A stretch of DNA of 64,000 nucleotides from the NCBI GenBank assembly GCA_040954595.2, contig CM082579.2:16096550-16160549 (forward strand). The letters run 5' to 3'. Source of the stretch: Balanoglossus misakiensis (Eukaryota; Animalia; Hemichordata). Below are positions 52,131 through 64,000 of the stretch, one piece after another (the stretch's first letter is position 1; every line of letters starts with the position of its first letter). Under the pieces are notes generated by a model that searched no databases, was not told the DNA's origin, and saw only the letters and a program-made list of their open reading frames with translations. A program made the position numbers and the translations under genes.

Positions 52131-55100
52131 TAAATATGACGGAAATGCGAAATACTACATAAATTAAAAGTCTGCTGACTTTATATTTGGTAAGAATAAG
52201 CACACACCTGTAATGATTACCGCTATGTGCTATGTGCAATGTTGGCTTGTGCCCGCTATTGCTGCTTGGCAGCTATATTGATGTCTATGTTTGGTTTTGT
52301 TTAATAGAATACAATTGTTATAAATTAAAACCTATGGTATTCTGTATTCATATCATTGCCCAGGTTACACTGTTAAAGTCAGCAGAGCTCTTTTGACCAA
52401 TAGGTCACTTGTTTCTTGAATTCCGTCAATATCTCTGCATTTTTGGAGAGGTCGAAAGTTTTAACATACAATCAACATGTCATATATGATCAGGGCACCA
52501 AATTCGAAGAACAAAGGTTTTTTATTTTTTTCTAAAAATGACATTTTCAAGAAAAATTTGGTAAAACGCAATTTTGTCTGCAGTGAGCCAAATTAGACTG
52601 TCTTTTGTGGAATTTGTATCGATATATACATACGAAGAGCATTCTATACTCCATCAGATTTCCGAAAATGTAGAAAACAGGTATTTTTTGTAATTTTCAA
52701 AAATTTACCATTTTGACCAAATTGTGGCTAAAATTGTTATTTTCGTGTTGAATGCCGCCAGTGTCACTGCTTTTAAAAGTCATAAAAACTTTTAACATAC
52801 AAGCAATTCTTTATTAATGATCAGGTCACCGAATTAAAAAAATAAAGAATTTTTTGCCTAAAAATGACCTTTTTGGTGCAAAAACGAATAAAACGCAATT
52901 TTGTATTAAATCAGAGTGCATTTTTTATAATCAGCACCATTTTCACATATATAATGGAAATTTCATACATCATCAGATATCCAAATATGAAAAAAATGAT
53001 TTAGATGATTGTCCAAAATTAGCTGATATCTAATAAATGTAGTATTCAACCGTTCTGTTTCCCCCCCCCCCTACATTATATGCGGTACGCCGATGTCAGC
53101 TTACCCGGCAGTACTGCAGGCCGTGCCCCCAACTAACGTCGGTGTTTGAAGCGCCCTGGTTAAATTCGGGCTTTCTCTATAAATTGACAGGCAATAATGC
53201 AGTCCTACCCGAACAAATGTCGAGTGTTGACCCGCTGTGACTTTCCCTCTTCGGTTTGCCCGACTTAGATAACGTCTTTGTACTAGAGTGTCGGGTCTTT
53301 TGCAGAGCCAGGCCGAAGGAAATCCGACTTGATCACCGTTGCTACCGAACGCTAGTGTCTGTCATGGTGTGTCGGGGTTTTAGTCGAGCCAGGCCGTAGG
53401 AGATCTGACTTGATCATCGTGGTCAATGTACGCGTGTTTCCGCTCTAAAGTGCCGGGGCTTCAGCTAAACCAGGCCGTAGGAAATCCGACGTAATCACCG
53501 TTGATAACTTACGCCAGTCTGTGTCATATAGAGCCGGTGCACCAGCCGAGTCACGCCGTAGGAAATCTGACTTGATCAACGTGGTCAATGTACGCCTATT
53601 TCTGCTCTAGAGTGCCGGGGCTTCAGCTGAGCCAGGCCGTAGGAAACCCGTCGTGATTACCGTTGTTAACATACGCCAGTCTGTGTCCTATATATAGTGC
53701 CGGGGCATCAACCGTGCCAGGACGAAGGAAATGTGAGTAGATCAACGTGGTCTCTGTACGCGTGTTTCTGCTCTAGAGTGCCAGGGCTTTAGCCAAGCCA
53801 TGCCGTAGGAAATTTGACTTGATCAACGTTGCTAACGAACGCTAGTGTCTGCCATAGTGTGCCGGGGTTTTAGTCGAGCCAAGCCGTAGGAGATCAGACT
53901 TGATCAACGTGGTCTCTGTACGCGTGTTTCTGCTCTAGAGTGCCGGGGCTTTATCCAAGCCATGCCGTAGAAAATCTGACTTGATCACCGTTGCTAATGT
54001 ACGCTAGTGTCTGTCATATTGTGACGGAGATTTAGCCGAGCCAGGCCGTAGAAAAATCGACTTGTTCAACGTTACCAGTGTGCAACTGTTTCTGCTCTAG
54101 AGTGTCAGGGTTTTAGCCGACTTATGCTGTAGGAAATCTGAGTTGATGAACGGGAATTCAATGTTAGAAAACCCGTGTGGAAAGTGTCTCTACCCGTTTG
54201 AAACTAAGAAAAGAATTTATTCTTATTTATTTTGTAAAAAAGACAATTTTTCGAAAAAAAGTCGAAAATGGTAATTTTGTCTTGGGTGATTCAAATTATA
54301 CCGCCTTTTCTGGAATTTGCAGCACTTTTTACAAGAGAACGACACTTCATGCTCCATAATATTTCCGAAAATGAAGAAAAGAGTTAATTTTTTATGATTT
54401 TTTAAAAATTTACCATTTTTGACAATATATGGCCAAAATGGCTATTTTTTCTTGAATTCCGTCAATATCTCTGCATTTTTGGAGTGGTCGAAAGTTTTAA
54501 CATACAATCAACATGTCATATATGATCAGGGCACCAAATTCGAAGAACAAAGGTTTTTTTATTATTTTTTCTAAAAATCACATTTTCAAGCAAAATTTGA
54601 TAACATGCAATTTTGTCTGCAGTGAGCCAAATTAGACTGTCTTTTGTGGAATTTGTATCGATATTTACATACGAAGAGCATTCTATACTCCATCAGATTT
54701 CCGAAAATGTAGAAAACAGGTATTTTTTGTAATTTTCAAAAATTTACCATTTTGACCAAATTGTGGCTAAAATTGTTATTTTCGTGTTGAATGCCGCCAG
54801 TGTCACTGCTTTTAAAAGTCATAAAAACTTTTAACATACAAGCAATTGTTTATATATGATCAGGTCACCGAATTAAAAAAATAAAGAATGTTTTGCCTAA
54901 AAATGACCTTTTTGGTGCAAAAACGAATAAAACGCAATTTTGTATTAAATCAGCTCATTCAGAGTGCATTTTTTATAATCAGCACCATTTTTACATTTAA
55001 TGGAAATTTCATACATCATCAGATATCCAAATATGAAAAAATGATTTAGATTTTAGATGATTGTCCAAAATTAGCTGATATCTAATAAATGTAGTATTCA

Positions 55101-58100
55101 ACCGTTCTGTTCCCCCCCCCTACATTATATACGGTACGCCGATGTGAGCTTAACCGGCAGTACTGCAGGCCGTGCCCCCAACTAACGTCGGTGTTTGAAG
55201 CGCCCTGGTTAAATTCGGGCTTTCTCTATAAATTGACAGGCAATAATGCAGTCCTACCCGAACAAATGTCGAGTGTTGACCCGCTGTGACTTTCCCTCTT
55301 CGGTTTGCCAGACTTAGCCAACGTCTTTGTACTAGAGTGTCGGGTCTTTTGCAGAGCCAGGCCGAAGGAAATCCGACTTGATCACCGTTGCTAAAGAACG
55401 CTAGTGTCTGTCATAGTGTGCCGGGGTTTTAGTCGAGCCAGGCCGTAGGAGATCTGACTTGATCATCGTGAGCAATGTACGCGTGTTTCCGCTCTAAAGT
55501 GCCGGGGCTTCAGCTAAACCAGGCCGAAGGAAATCCGACGTAATCATCGTTGATAACTTACGCCAGTCTGTGTCATATAGAGCCGGTGCACCAGCCGAGT
55601 CACGCCGTAGGAAATCTGACTTGATCAACGTGGTCAATGTACGCCTGTTTCTGCTCTAGAGTGCCGGGGCTTCAGCTGAGCCAGGCCGTAGGAAACCCGA
55701 CGTGATTACCGTTGTTAACTTACGCCAGTCTGTGTCCTATATATAGTGCCGGGGCATCAGCCGTGCCAGGCCGAAGGAAATGTGAGTAGATCAACGTGGT
55801 CTCTGTACGCGTGTTTCTGCTCTAGAGTGCCAGGGCTTTAGCCAAGCCATGCCGTAGGAAATCTGACTTGATCAACGTTGCTAACGAACGCTAGTGTCTG
55901 TCATATTGTGACGGAGATTTAGCCGAGCCAGGCCGTAGAAAAATCGACTTGTTCAACGTTACCAGTGTGCAACTGTTTCTGCTCTAGAGTGTCAGGGTTT
56001 TAGCCGACTTATGCTGTAGAAATCTGAGTTGATGAACGGGAATTCAATGTTAAAAAACCTGTGTGGAAAGTGTCTCTACCCTTTTGAAACTAAGAAAAGA
56101 ATTTATTCTTATTTATTTTGTAAAAATCATAATTTTTCGAAAAAAAGTCGAAAATGGTAATTTTGTCATGGGTTATTCAAATTATACCGCCTTTTCTGGA
56201 ATTTGCAGCACTTTTTACAAGAGAACGACACTTCATGCTCCATAATATTTCCGAAAATGAAGAAAAGAGTTATTTTTTTATGATTTTTTAAAAATTTTCC
56301 ATGTTTGTCAAAATATGGCCAAAATGGCTATTTTTTCTTGAATTCCGTCAGTATCTCTGCATTTTTGGAGTTGTCGAAAGTTTTAACATACAATCAACAT
56401 GTCATATATGATCAGGGCACCAAATTCGAAGAACAAAGGTTATTTTTTTTTTTTTTCTAAATATGACATTTTCAAGGAAAAGTTGGTAAAACGCAATTTT
56501 GTCTGCAGTGAGCCAAATTAAACGGTCATTTGTGGAATTTGTATCGATATATACATACGAAGAGCATTCTATACTCCATCAGATTTCCGAAAATGTAGAA
56601 AACAGGTATTTTTGTAATTTTCAAAAATTTACCATTTTGACCAAATTGTGGCTAAAATTGTTATTTTCGTGTGGAATGCCGCCAGTGTCACTGCTTTTAA
56701 AAGTCATAAAAACTTTAAACATACAAGCAATTGTTTATATATGATCAGGTCACCGAATTAAAAAAATAAAGAAAGTTTTGCCTAAAAATGACCTTTTTGG
56801 TGCAAAAACGAATTAAACGCAATTTTGTATTAAATCAGCTCACCATTTTTACATATAATGAAAATTTCATACATCATCAGATATCCAAATATGAAAAAAT
56901 GATTTAGATTTTAGATGATTGTCCAAAATTAGCTGATATCTAATAAATGTAGTATTGAACCGTTCTGTTCCCCCCCCCCCCACCCTACATTATATGCGGT
57001 ACGCCGATGTCAGCTTACCCGGCAGTACTGCAGGCCGTGCCCCCAACTAACGTCGGTGTTTGAAGCGCCCTGGTTAAATTCGGGCTTTCTCTATAAATTG
57101 ACAGGCAATAATGCAGTCCTACCCGAACAAATGTTGATTGTTGACCCGCTGTGACTTTCCCTCTTCGGTTTGACCGACTTAACCAACGTCTTTGTACTAG
57201 AGTGTCGGGTCTTTTGCAGAGCCAGGCCGAAGGAAATCCGACTTGATCACCTTTGCTCACGAACGCTAGTGTCTGTCATGGTGTGTCGGGGTTTTAGTCG
57301 AGCCAGGCCGTAGGAAATCTGACTTGATCAACGTGGTCAATGTACGCCTGTTTCTGTTCTAGAGTGCCGGGGATTCAGCTGATCCAGGCCGTAGGAAACC
57401 CGACGTGATTACCGTTGTTAACTTACGCCAGTCTGTGTCCTATATATGGTGCCGGGGCATCAGCCGTGCCAGGCCGAAGGAAATGTGAGTAGATCAATGT
57501 GGTCTCTGTACGCGTGTTTCTGCTCTAGAGTGCCAGGGCTTTAGCCAAGCCATGCCGCAGGAAATCTGACTTGATCAACGTTGCTAACGAACGCTAGTGT
57601 CTGTCATAGTGTGCCGGGGTTTTAGTCGAGCCAAGCCGTAGGAGATCTGACTTGATCTTCGTGGTCAATGTACGCGTGTTTCCGCTCTAAAGTGCCGGGG
57701 CTTCAGCTAAACCAGGCCGTAGGAAATCCGACGTAATCACCGTTGATAACTTACGCCAGTCTGTGTCATATAGAGCCGGTGCACCAGCCGAGTCACGCCG
57801 TAGGAAATCTGACTTGATCAACGTGGTCTCTGTACGCCTGTTTCTGCTTTAGAGTGCCGGGGCTTTATCCAAGCCAGGCCGTAGAAAATCTGACTTGATC
57901 ACCGTTGCTAACGTACGCTAGTGTCTGTCATATTGTGACGGAGATTTAGCCGAGCCAGGCCGTAGAAAAATCGACTTGTTCAACGTTACCATTTGTGCAA
58001 CTGTTTCTGCTCTAAAGTGTCAGGGGTTTAGCTGACTTATGCTGTAGGAAATCTGAGTTGATGAACGGAAATTCATTGTTAGAAAACCCGTGTGGAAAGT

Positions 58101-61100
58101 ATCTCTACCCGTTTGAAACTAAGAAAAGAATTTATTCTTATTTATTTTGTAAAAAGACGATATTTCGAAAAAAAGTCGAAAATGGTAATTTTGTCTTGGG
58201 TGATTCAAATTATACCGCCTTTTCTGGAATTTGCAGCACTTTTTACAAGAGAACGACACTTCATGCTCCATAATATTTCCGAAAATGAAGAAAAGAGTTA
58301 ATTTGTTTATGATTTTTTAAAAAATTACCATTTTTCTCAAAATATGGCCAAAATGGCTATTTTATCTTGAATTCCGTCAATATCTCTGCATTTTTGGAGT
58401 GGTCAAAAGTTTTAACATACAATCAACATGTCATATATGATCAGGGCACCAAATTCGAAGAACAAAGGTTTTTTTCATTTTTTTTTCTAAAAATGACATT
58501 TTCAAGGAAAATTTGGTAAAACGCAATTTTGTCTGCAGTGAGCCAAATTAGACAGTCTTTTGTGGAATTTGTATCGATATATACATACGAAGAGCATTCT
58601 ATACTCCATCAGATTTCCGAAAATGTAGAAAACATGTATTTTTTGTAATTTTCAAAAATTTACCATTTTGACCAAATTGTGGCTAAAATTGTTATTTTCG
58701 TGTTGAATGCCGCCAGTGTCACTGCTTTTAAAAGTCATAAAAACTTTTAACATACAAGCAATTGTTTATATATGATCAGGTCACCGAATTAAAAAAATAA
58801 AGAATGTTTTGCCTAAAAATGACCTTTTTGGTGCAAAAACGAATAAAACGCAATTTTGTATTAAATCAGCTCATTCAGAGTGCATTTTTTAGAATCAGCA
58901 CCATTTTTACATCATCAGATATCCAAATATGAAAAAATGATTTAGATTTTAGATGATTGTCCAAAATTAGCTGATATCTAATAAATGTAGTATTGAACCG
59001 TTCTGTCCCCCCCCCTACATTATATGCGGTACGCCGATGTCAGCTTACCCGGCAGTACTGCAGGCCGTGCCCCCAACTAACGTCGCTGTTTGAAACGCCC
59101 TGGTTAAATTCGGGCTTTCTCTATAAATTGACAGGCAATAATGCAGTCCTACCCGAACAAATGTCGAGTGTTGACCCGCTGTGACTTTCCCTCTTCGGTT
59201 GGCCCGACTTAGCCAACGTCTTTGTACTAGAGTGTCGGGTCTTTTGCAGAGCCAGGCCGAAGGAAATCCGACTTGATCACCGTTGCTAACGAACGCTAGT
59301 GTCTGTCATGGTGTGCCGGGGTTTTAGTCGAGCCAGGCCGTAGGAGATCTGACTTGATCATCGTGGTCAATGTACGCGTGTTTCTGTTCTAGAGTGCCGG
59401 GGATTCAGCTGATCCAGGCCGTAGGAAACCCGACGTGATTACCGTTGTTAACTTACGCCAGTCTGTGTCCTATATATGGTGCCGGGGCATCAGCCGTGCC
59501 AGGCCGAAGGAAATGTGAGTAGATCAATGTGGTCTCTGTACGCGTGTTTCTGCTCTAGAGTGCCAGGGCTTTAGCCAAGCCATGCCGCAGGAAATCTGAC
59601 TTGATCAACGTTGCTAACGAACGCTAGTGTCTGTCATAGTGTGCCGGGGTTTTAGTCGAGCCAAGCCGTAGGAGATCTGACTTGATCTTCGTGGTCAATG
59701 TACGCGTGTTTCCGCTCTAAAGTGCCGGGGCTTCAGCTAAACCAGGCCGTAGGAAATCCGACGTAATCACCGTTGATAACTTACGCCAGTCTGTGTCATA
59801 TAGAGCCGGTGCACCAGCCGAGTCACGCCGTAGGAAATCTGACTTGATCAACGTGGTCTCTGTACGCCTGTTTCTGCTTTAGAGTGCCGGGGCTTTATCC
59901 AAGCCAGGCCGTAGAAAATCTGACTTGATCACCGTTGCTAACGTACGCTAGTGTCTGTCATATTGTGACGGAGATTTAGCCGAGCCAGGCCGTAGAAAAA
60001 TCGACTTGTTCAACGTTACCATTTGTGCAACTGTTTCTGCTCTAAAGTGTCAGGGGTTTAGCTGACTTATGCTGTAGGAAATCTGAGTTGATGAACGGAA
60101 ATTCATTGTTAGAAAACCCGTGTGGAAAGTATCTCTACCCGTTTGAAACTAAGAAAAGAATTTATTCTTATTTATTTTGTAAAAAGACGATATTTCGAAA
60201 AAAAGTCGAAAATGGTAATTTTGTCTTGGGTGATTCAAATTATACCGCCTTTTCTGGAATTTGCAGCACTTTTTACAAGAGAACGACACTTCATGCTCCA
60301 TAATATTTCCGAAAATGAAGAAAAGAGTTAATTTGTTTATGATTTTTTAAAAAATTACCATTTTTCTCAAAATATGGCCAAAATGGCTATTTTATCTTGA
60401 ATTCCGTCAATATCTCTGCATTTTTGGAGTGGTCAAAAGTTTTAACATACAATCAACATGTCATATATGATCAGGGCACCAAATTCGAAGAACAAAGGTT
60501 TTTTTCATTTTTTTTTCTAAAAATGACATTTTCAAGGAAAATTTGGTAAAACGCAATTTTGTCTGCAGTGAGCCAAATTAGACAGTCTTTTGTGGAATTT
60601 GTATCGATATATACATACGAAGAGCATTCTATACTCCATCAGATTTCCGAAAATGTAGAAAACATGTATTTTTTGTAATTTTCAAAAATTTACCATTTTG
60701 ACCAAATTGTGGCTAAAATTGTTATTTTCGTGTTGAATGCCGCCAGTGTCACTGCTTTTAAAAGTCATAAAAACTTTTAACATACAAGCAATTGTTTATA
60801 TATGATCAGGTCACCGAATTAAAAAAATAAAGAATGTTTTGCCTAAAAATGACCTTTTTGGTGCAAAAACGAATAAAACGCAATTTTGTATTAAATCAGC
60901 TCATTCAGAGTGCATTTTTTAGAATCAGCACCATTTTTACATCATCAGATATCCAAATATGAAAAAATGATTTAGATTTTAGATGATTGTCCAAAATTAG
61001 CTGATATCTAATAAATGTAGTATTGAACCGTTCTGTCCCCCCCCCCCCTACATTATATGCGGTACGCCGATGTCAGCTTACCCGGCAGTACTGCAGGCCG

Positions 61101-64000
61101 TGCCCCCAACTAACGTCGCTGTTTGAAACGCCCTGGTTAAATTCGGGCTTTCTCTATAAATTGACAGGCAATAATGCAGTCCTACCCGAACAAATGTCGA
61201 GTGTTGACCCGCTGTGACTTTCCCTCTTCGGTTGGCCCGACTTAGCCAACGTCTTTGTACTAGAGTGTCGGGTCTTTTGCAGAGCCAGGCCGAAGGAAAT
61301 CCGACTTGATCACCGTTGCTAACGAACGCTAGTGTCTGTCATGGTGTGCCGGGGTTTTAGTCGAGCCAGGCCGTAGGAGATCTGACTTGATCATCGTGGT
61401 CAATGTACGCGTGTTTCCGCTCTAAAGTGCCGGGGCTTCAGCTAAACCAGGCCGTAGGAAATCTGACGTAATCACCGTTGATAACTTACGCCAGTCTGTG
61501 TCATATAGAGCCGGTGCACCAGCCGAGTCACGCCGTAGGAAATCTGACTTGATCAACGTGGTCAATGTACGCCTGTTTCTGCTCTAGAGTGCCGGGGCTT
61601 CAGCTGAGCCAGGCCGTAGGAAACCCGACGTGATTACCGTTGTTAACTTACGCCAGTCTGTGTCCTATATATAGTGCCGGGGCATCAGCCGTGCCAGGCC
61701 GAAGGAAATGTGAGTAGATCAACGTGGTCTCTGTACGCGTGTTTCTGCTCTAGAGTGTCAGGGCTTTAGCAAAGCCATGCCGTAGGAAATCTGACTTGAT
61801 CAACGTTGCTAACGAACGCTAGTGTCTGTCATAGTGTGCCGGGGTTTCAGTCGAGCCAAGCCGTAGGAGATCAGACTTGATCAACGTGGTCTCTGTACGC
61901 GTGTTTCTGCTCTAGAGTGCCGGGGCTTTATCCAGGCCATGCCGTAGAAAATCTGACTTGATCACCGTTGCTAACGTACGCTAGTGTCTGTCATATTGTG
62001 ACGGAGATTTAGCCGAGCCAGGCCGTAGAAAAATCGACTTGTTCAACGTTACCAGTGTGCAACTGTTTCTGCTCTAGAGTGTCAGGGTTTTAGCCGACTT
62101 ATGCTGTAAGAAATCTGAGTTGATGAACGGGAATTCAATGTTAGAAAACCCGTGTGGAAAGTATCTCTACCCGTTTGAAACTAAGAAAAGAATTTATTCT
62201 TATTTATTTTGTAAAAAAGACAATTTTTCGAAAAAAAGTCGAAAATGGTAATTTTGTCTTGGGTGATTCAAATTATACCGCCTTTTCTGGAATTTGCAGC
62301 ACTTTTTACAAGAGAACGACACTTCATGCTCCATAATTTTTCCGAAAATGAAGAAAAGAGTTTATTTTTTATGATTTTTTAAAAATTTACCATTTAGTCA
62401 AAATATGGCCAAAATGGCTATTTTTTCTTGAATTCCGTCAATATCTCTGCATTTTTGGAGTGGTCGAAAGTTTTAACATACAATCAACATGTCATATATG
62501 ATCAGGGCACCAAATTCGAAGAACAAAGGTTTTTTTATTTATTTTTCTAAAAATGACATTTTCAAGGAAACTTTGGTAAAACACAATTTTGTCTGCAGTG
62601 AGCCAAATTAGACGGTCTTTTGTGGAATTTGTATCGATATATACATACGAAGAGCATTGTATACTCCATCAGATTTCCGAAAATGTAGAAAACAGGTATT
62701 TTTTGTAATTTTCAAAAATTTACCATTTTGACCAAATTGTGGCTAAAATTGTTATTTTCGTGTTGAATGCCGCCAGTGTCCCTGCTTTTAAAAGTCATAA
62801 AAACTTTTAACATACAAGCAATTGTTTATATATGATCAGGTCACCGAATTAAAGAAATAAAGAATGTTTTGCCTAAAAATGACCTTTTTGGTGCAAAAAC
62901 GAATAAAACGCAATTTTGTATTAAATCAGCTCATTCAGAGTGTATTTTTTATAATCAGCACCATTTTTACATATAATGGAAATTTCATACATCATCAGAT
63001 ATCCAAATATGAAAAAATGATAGATGATTGTCCAAAATTAGCTGATATCTAATAAATGTAGTATTGAGCCGTTCTGTTTCCCCCCCACCCCCCCCCCCCC
63101 CTACATTATATGCGGTCCGCCGATGTCAGCTTAACCGGCAGTACTGCAGGCCGTGCCCCCAACTAACGTCGGTGTTTGAAACGCCCGTGTTAAATTCGGG
63201 CTTTCTCAATAAATTGACAGGCAATAATGCAGTCCTACCCGAACAAATGTCGAGTGTTGACCCGCTGTGACTTTCACTCTTCGGTTTGCCCGACTTAGCC
63301 AACGTCTTTGTACTAGAGTGTCGGGTCTTTTGCCGAGCCAGGCCGAAGGAAATCCGACTTGATCACCGTTGCTAACGAACGCTAGTGTCTGTCATGGTGT
63401 GCCGGGGTTTTAGTCGAGCCAGGCCGTAGGAAATCTGACTTGATCAACGTGGTCAATGTACGCCTGTTTCTGCTCTAGAGTGCCGGGGCTTCAGCTGATC
63501 CAGGCCGTAGGAAACCCGACGTGATTACCGTTGTTAACTTACGCCAGTCTGTGTCCTATATATAGTGCCGGGGCATCAGCCGTGCCAGGCCTAAGGAAAT
63601 GTGAGTAGATCAATGTGGTCTCTGTACGCGTGTTTCTGCTCTAGAATGCCAGGGCTTTAGCCAAGCCATGCCGTAGGAAATCTGACTTGATCAACGTTGC
63701 TAACGAACGCTAGTGTCTGTCATATTGTGCCGGGGTTTTAGTCGAGCCAAGCCGTAGGAGATCTGACTTGATCATCGTGGTCAATGTACGCGTGTTTCCG
63801 CTCTAAAGTGCCAGGGTCTTCAGCTAAACCAGGCCGTAGGAAATACGACGTAATCACCGTTGATAACTTACGCCAGTCTGTGTCATATAGAGCCGGTGCA
63901 CCAGCCGAGTCATGCCGTAGGAAATCTGACTTGATCAACGTGGTCAATGTACGCCTGTTTCTGCTCTAGAGTGCCGGGGCTTCAGCTGAGCCAGGCCGTA

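Larger units (their letters stand above)
50224..52413 (+). mobile_element. Non-autonomous Helentron-type element (HINE / DINE-1-like), ~2.19 kb, inserted in a satellite poly-T tract
   Basis: Interrupts GGCTATTTTTT/CTTGAATTCC. The 5' end has T-run + AGCTCGGCTG...CAGCTGAGCT (subTIR plus inverted repeat), then a GTCC/GTC microsatellite and central tandem arrays. The 3' end has subTIR CAGCAGAGCT, hairpin TGACC-AATA-GGTCA and CTTGTT. No coding capacity. Confidence 0.85.
41083..64000 (-). repeat. Same satellite in inverted orientation (right arm), interrupted by two TE insertions
   Basis: The reverse-complement marker TTTAGCCGACTTATGCTGTAG occurs near 41091, 49889, 54112, 56000, 58028, 60058 and 62089. 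Poly-G becomes poly-C, and the repeated ORFs switch from the - to the + strand. Confidence 0.97.

Noticed and set aside
173-63969. Dozens of 60-112 aa ORFs recurring in the satellite (e.g. MMNGNSMLE..., MSKYGQNG..., MESISTRLK...)
   Set aside because: They shift frame with homopolymer length, mostly use non-ATG starts, have no recognisable domain and simply track the repeat.

Overview
Eukaryotic (most likely invertebrate) heterochromatin-like window with no host gene. About 55 kb is one complex satellite with a ~2.05-kb monomer (variants of ~1.89, ~2.03 and ~2.38 kb). Each monomer has three parts: a GC-richer array of 81-bp subunits alternating as a 162-bp dimer, a ~230-bp linker with a hairpin around a variable poly-G tract, and an AT-rich block with ~166/332-bp periodicity. 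The array flips orientation at ~41,067-41,082. Just right of the flip it carries two insertions. The first is a BEL/Pao LTR retrotransposon (42,393-49,326) with an uninterrupted 2062-aa gag-pol ORF but only one LTR, no target-site duplication and an integrase zinc finger lacking its CxxC. The second is a ~2.2-kb non-autonomous Helentron-type (HINE/DINE-1-like) element in a poly-T tract. The many short ORFs are satellite artefacts. All comparisons were made by eye, so boundaries are approximate to a few bp.
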